Notes under the pieces: model-generated
Databases searched by the model: none
What the model was told of the DNA's origin: nothing
The model's input: only the letters and a program-made list of their open reading frames with translations
Origin: Bacteroidales bacterium
Lineage (GTDB): Bacteria; Bacteroidota; Bacteroidia; Bacteroidales; JAQUTK01
Length of the DNA: 54,886 bases
Direction: 5' to 3'
Assembly: GCA_028691445.1 (NCBI GenBank)
Contig: JAQUZH010000001.1
Location: 1 to 54,886 of the forward strand
Program-made: the position numbers and the translations under genes
In this document: positions 54,805 to 54,886 of the stretch, in pieces
Layout of the letters: each line of letters begins with the position of its first letter
Position numbering within the stretch: the first letter of the stretch is position 1

Positions 54805-54886
<82 letters not shown>

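Overview
This 54.9 kb window reads as ordinary core chromosome of a Bacteroidales (Bacteroidota) bacterium. The assignment rests on more than 20 exact copies of the Bacteroides -7 promoter box TAnnTTTG placed 20-80 nt upstream of start codons, no obvious Shine-Dalgarno sequences, the purH-mreBCD-mrdA-rodA synteny, and lipoprotein-type glycoside hydrolases. About 50 intact CDSs are packed tightly. On the + strand: shikimate kinase, 2-oxoglutarate:ferredoxin oxidoreductase korAB, PEP carboxykinase, DoxX, ROK glucokinase, purH plus the rod-shape cluster, a HAD hydrolase, miaB, an LptF/G-type permease and ribBA. On the - strand: 5-FTHF cyclo-ligase, S41 peptidase, dCMP deaminase, Dcp peptidase, nadB and a CoA-transferase. 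A looser, accessory-looking stretch at 30.7-47.5 kb holds a ThrE/YjjPB exporter, two AraC regulators, GH29, a VOC protein, YbaN, GH76, uxuA, an RRM protein, a DEAD-box helicase, thioredoxin, MarR, an unknown lipoprotein, GH78 and a ferredoxin. A - strand operon (msbA-like, sppA, lpxK, PNP, thiL) follows. RNA genes are tRNA(CAU), tRNA-Phe(GAA) and the 3' part of a 5S rRNA at the right edge. I found no CRISPR array, transposase, integrase, toxin-antitoxin pair, restriction-modification genes or recognisable defence genes, and no pseudogenes or frameshifts. The only stretch the gene model does not explain is a roughly 640 bp non-coding island at 36.53-37.17 kb between two convergent genes. It holds several nested inverted repeats, including a perfect 19 bp palindrome that contains a consensus promoter box. 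Other follow-up candidates are modest: an uncharacterised lipoprotein translationally coupled to GH78, a G-poor long leader on the RRM gene, lineage-type extensions in LptF/G and RodA, and overlapping divergent promoters at miaB. All product calls come from reading motifs in the supplied translations. No database search was run.
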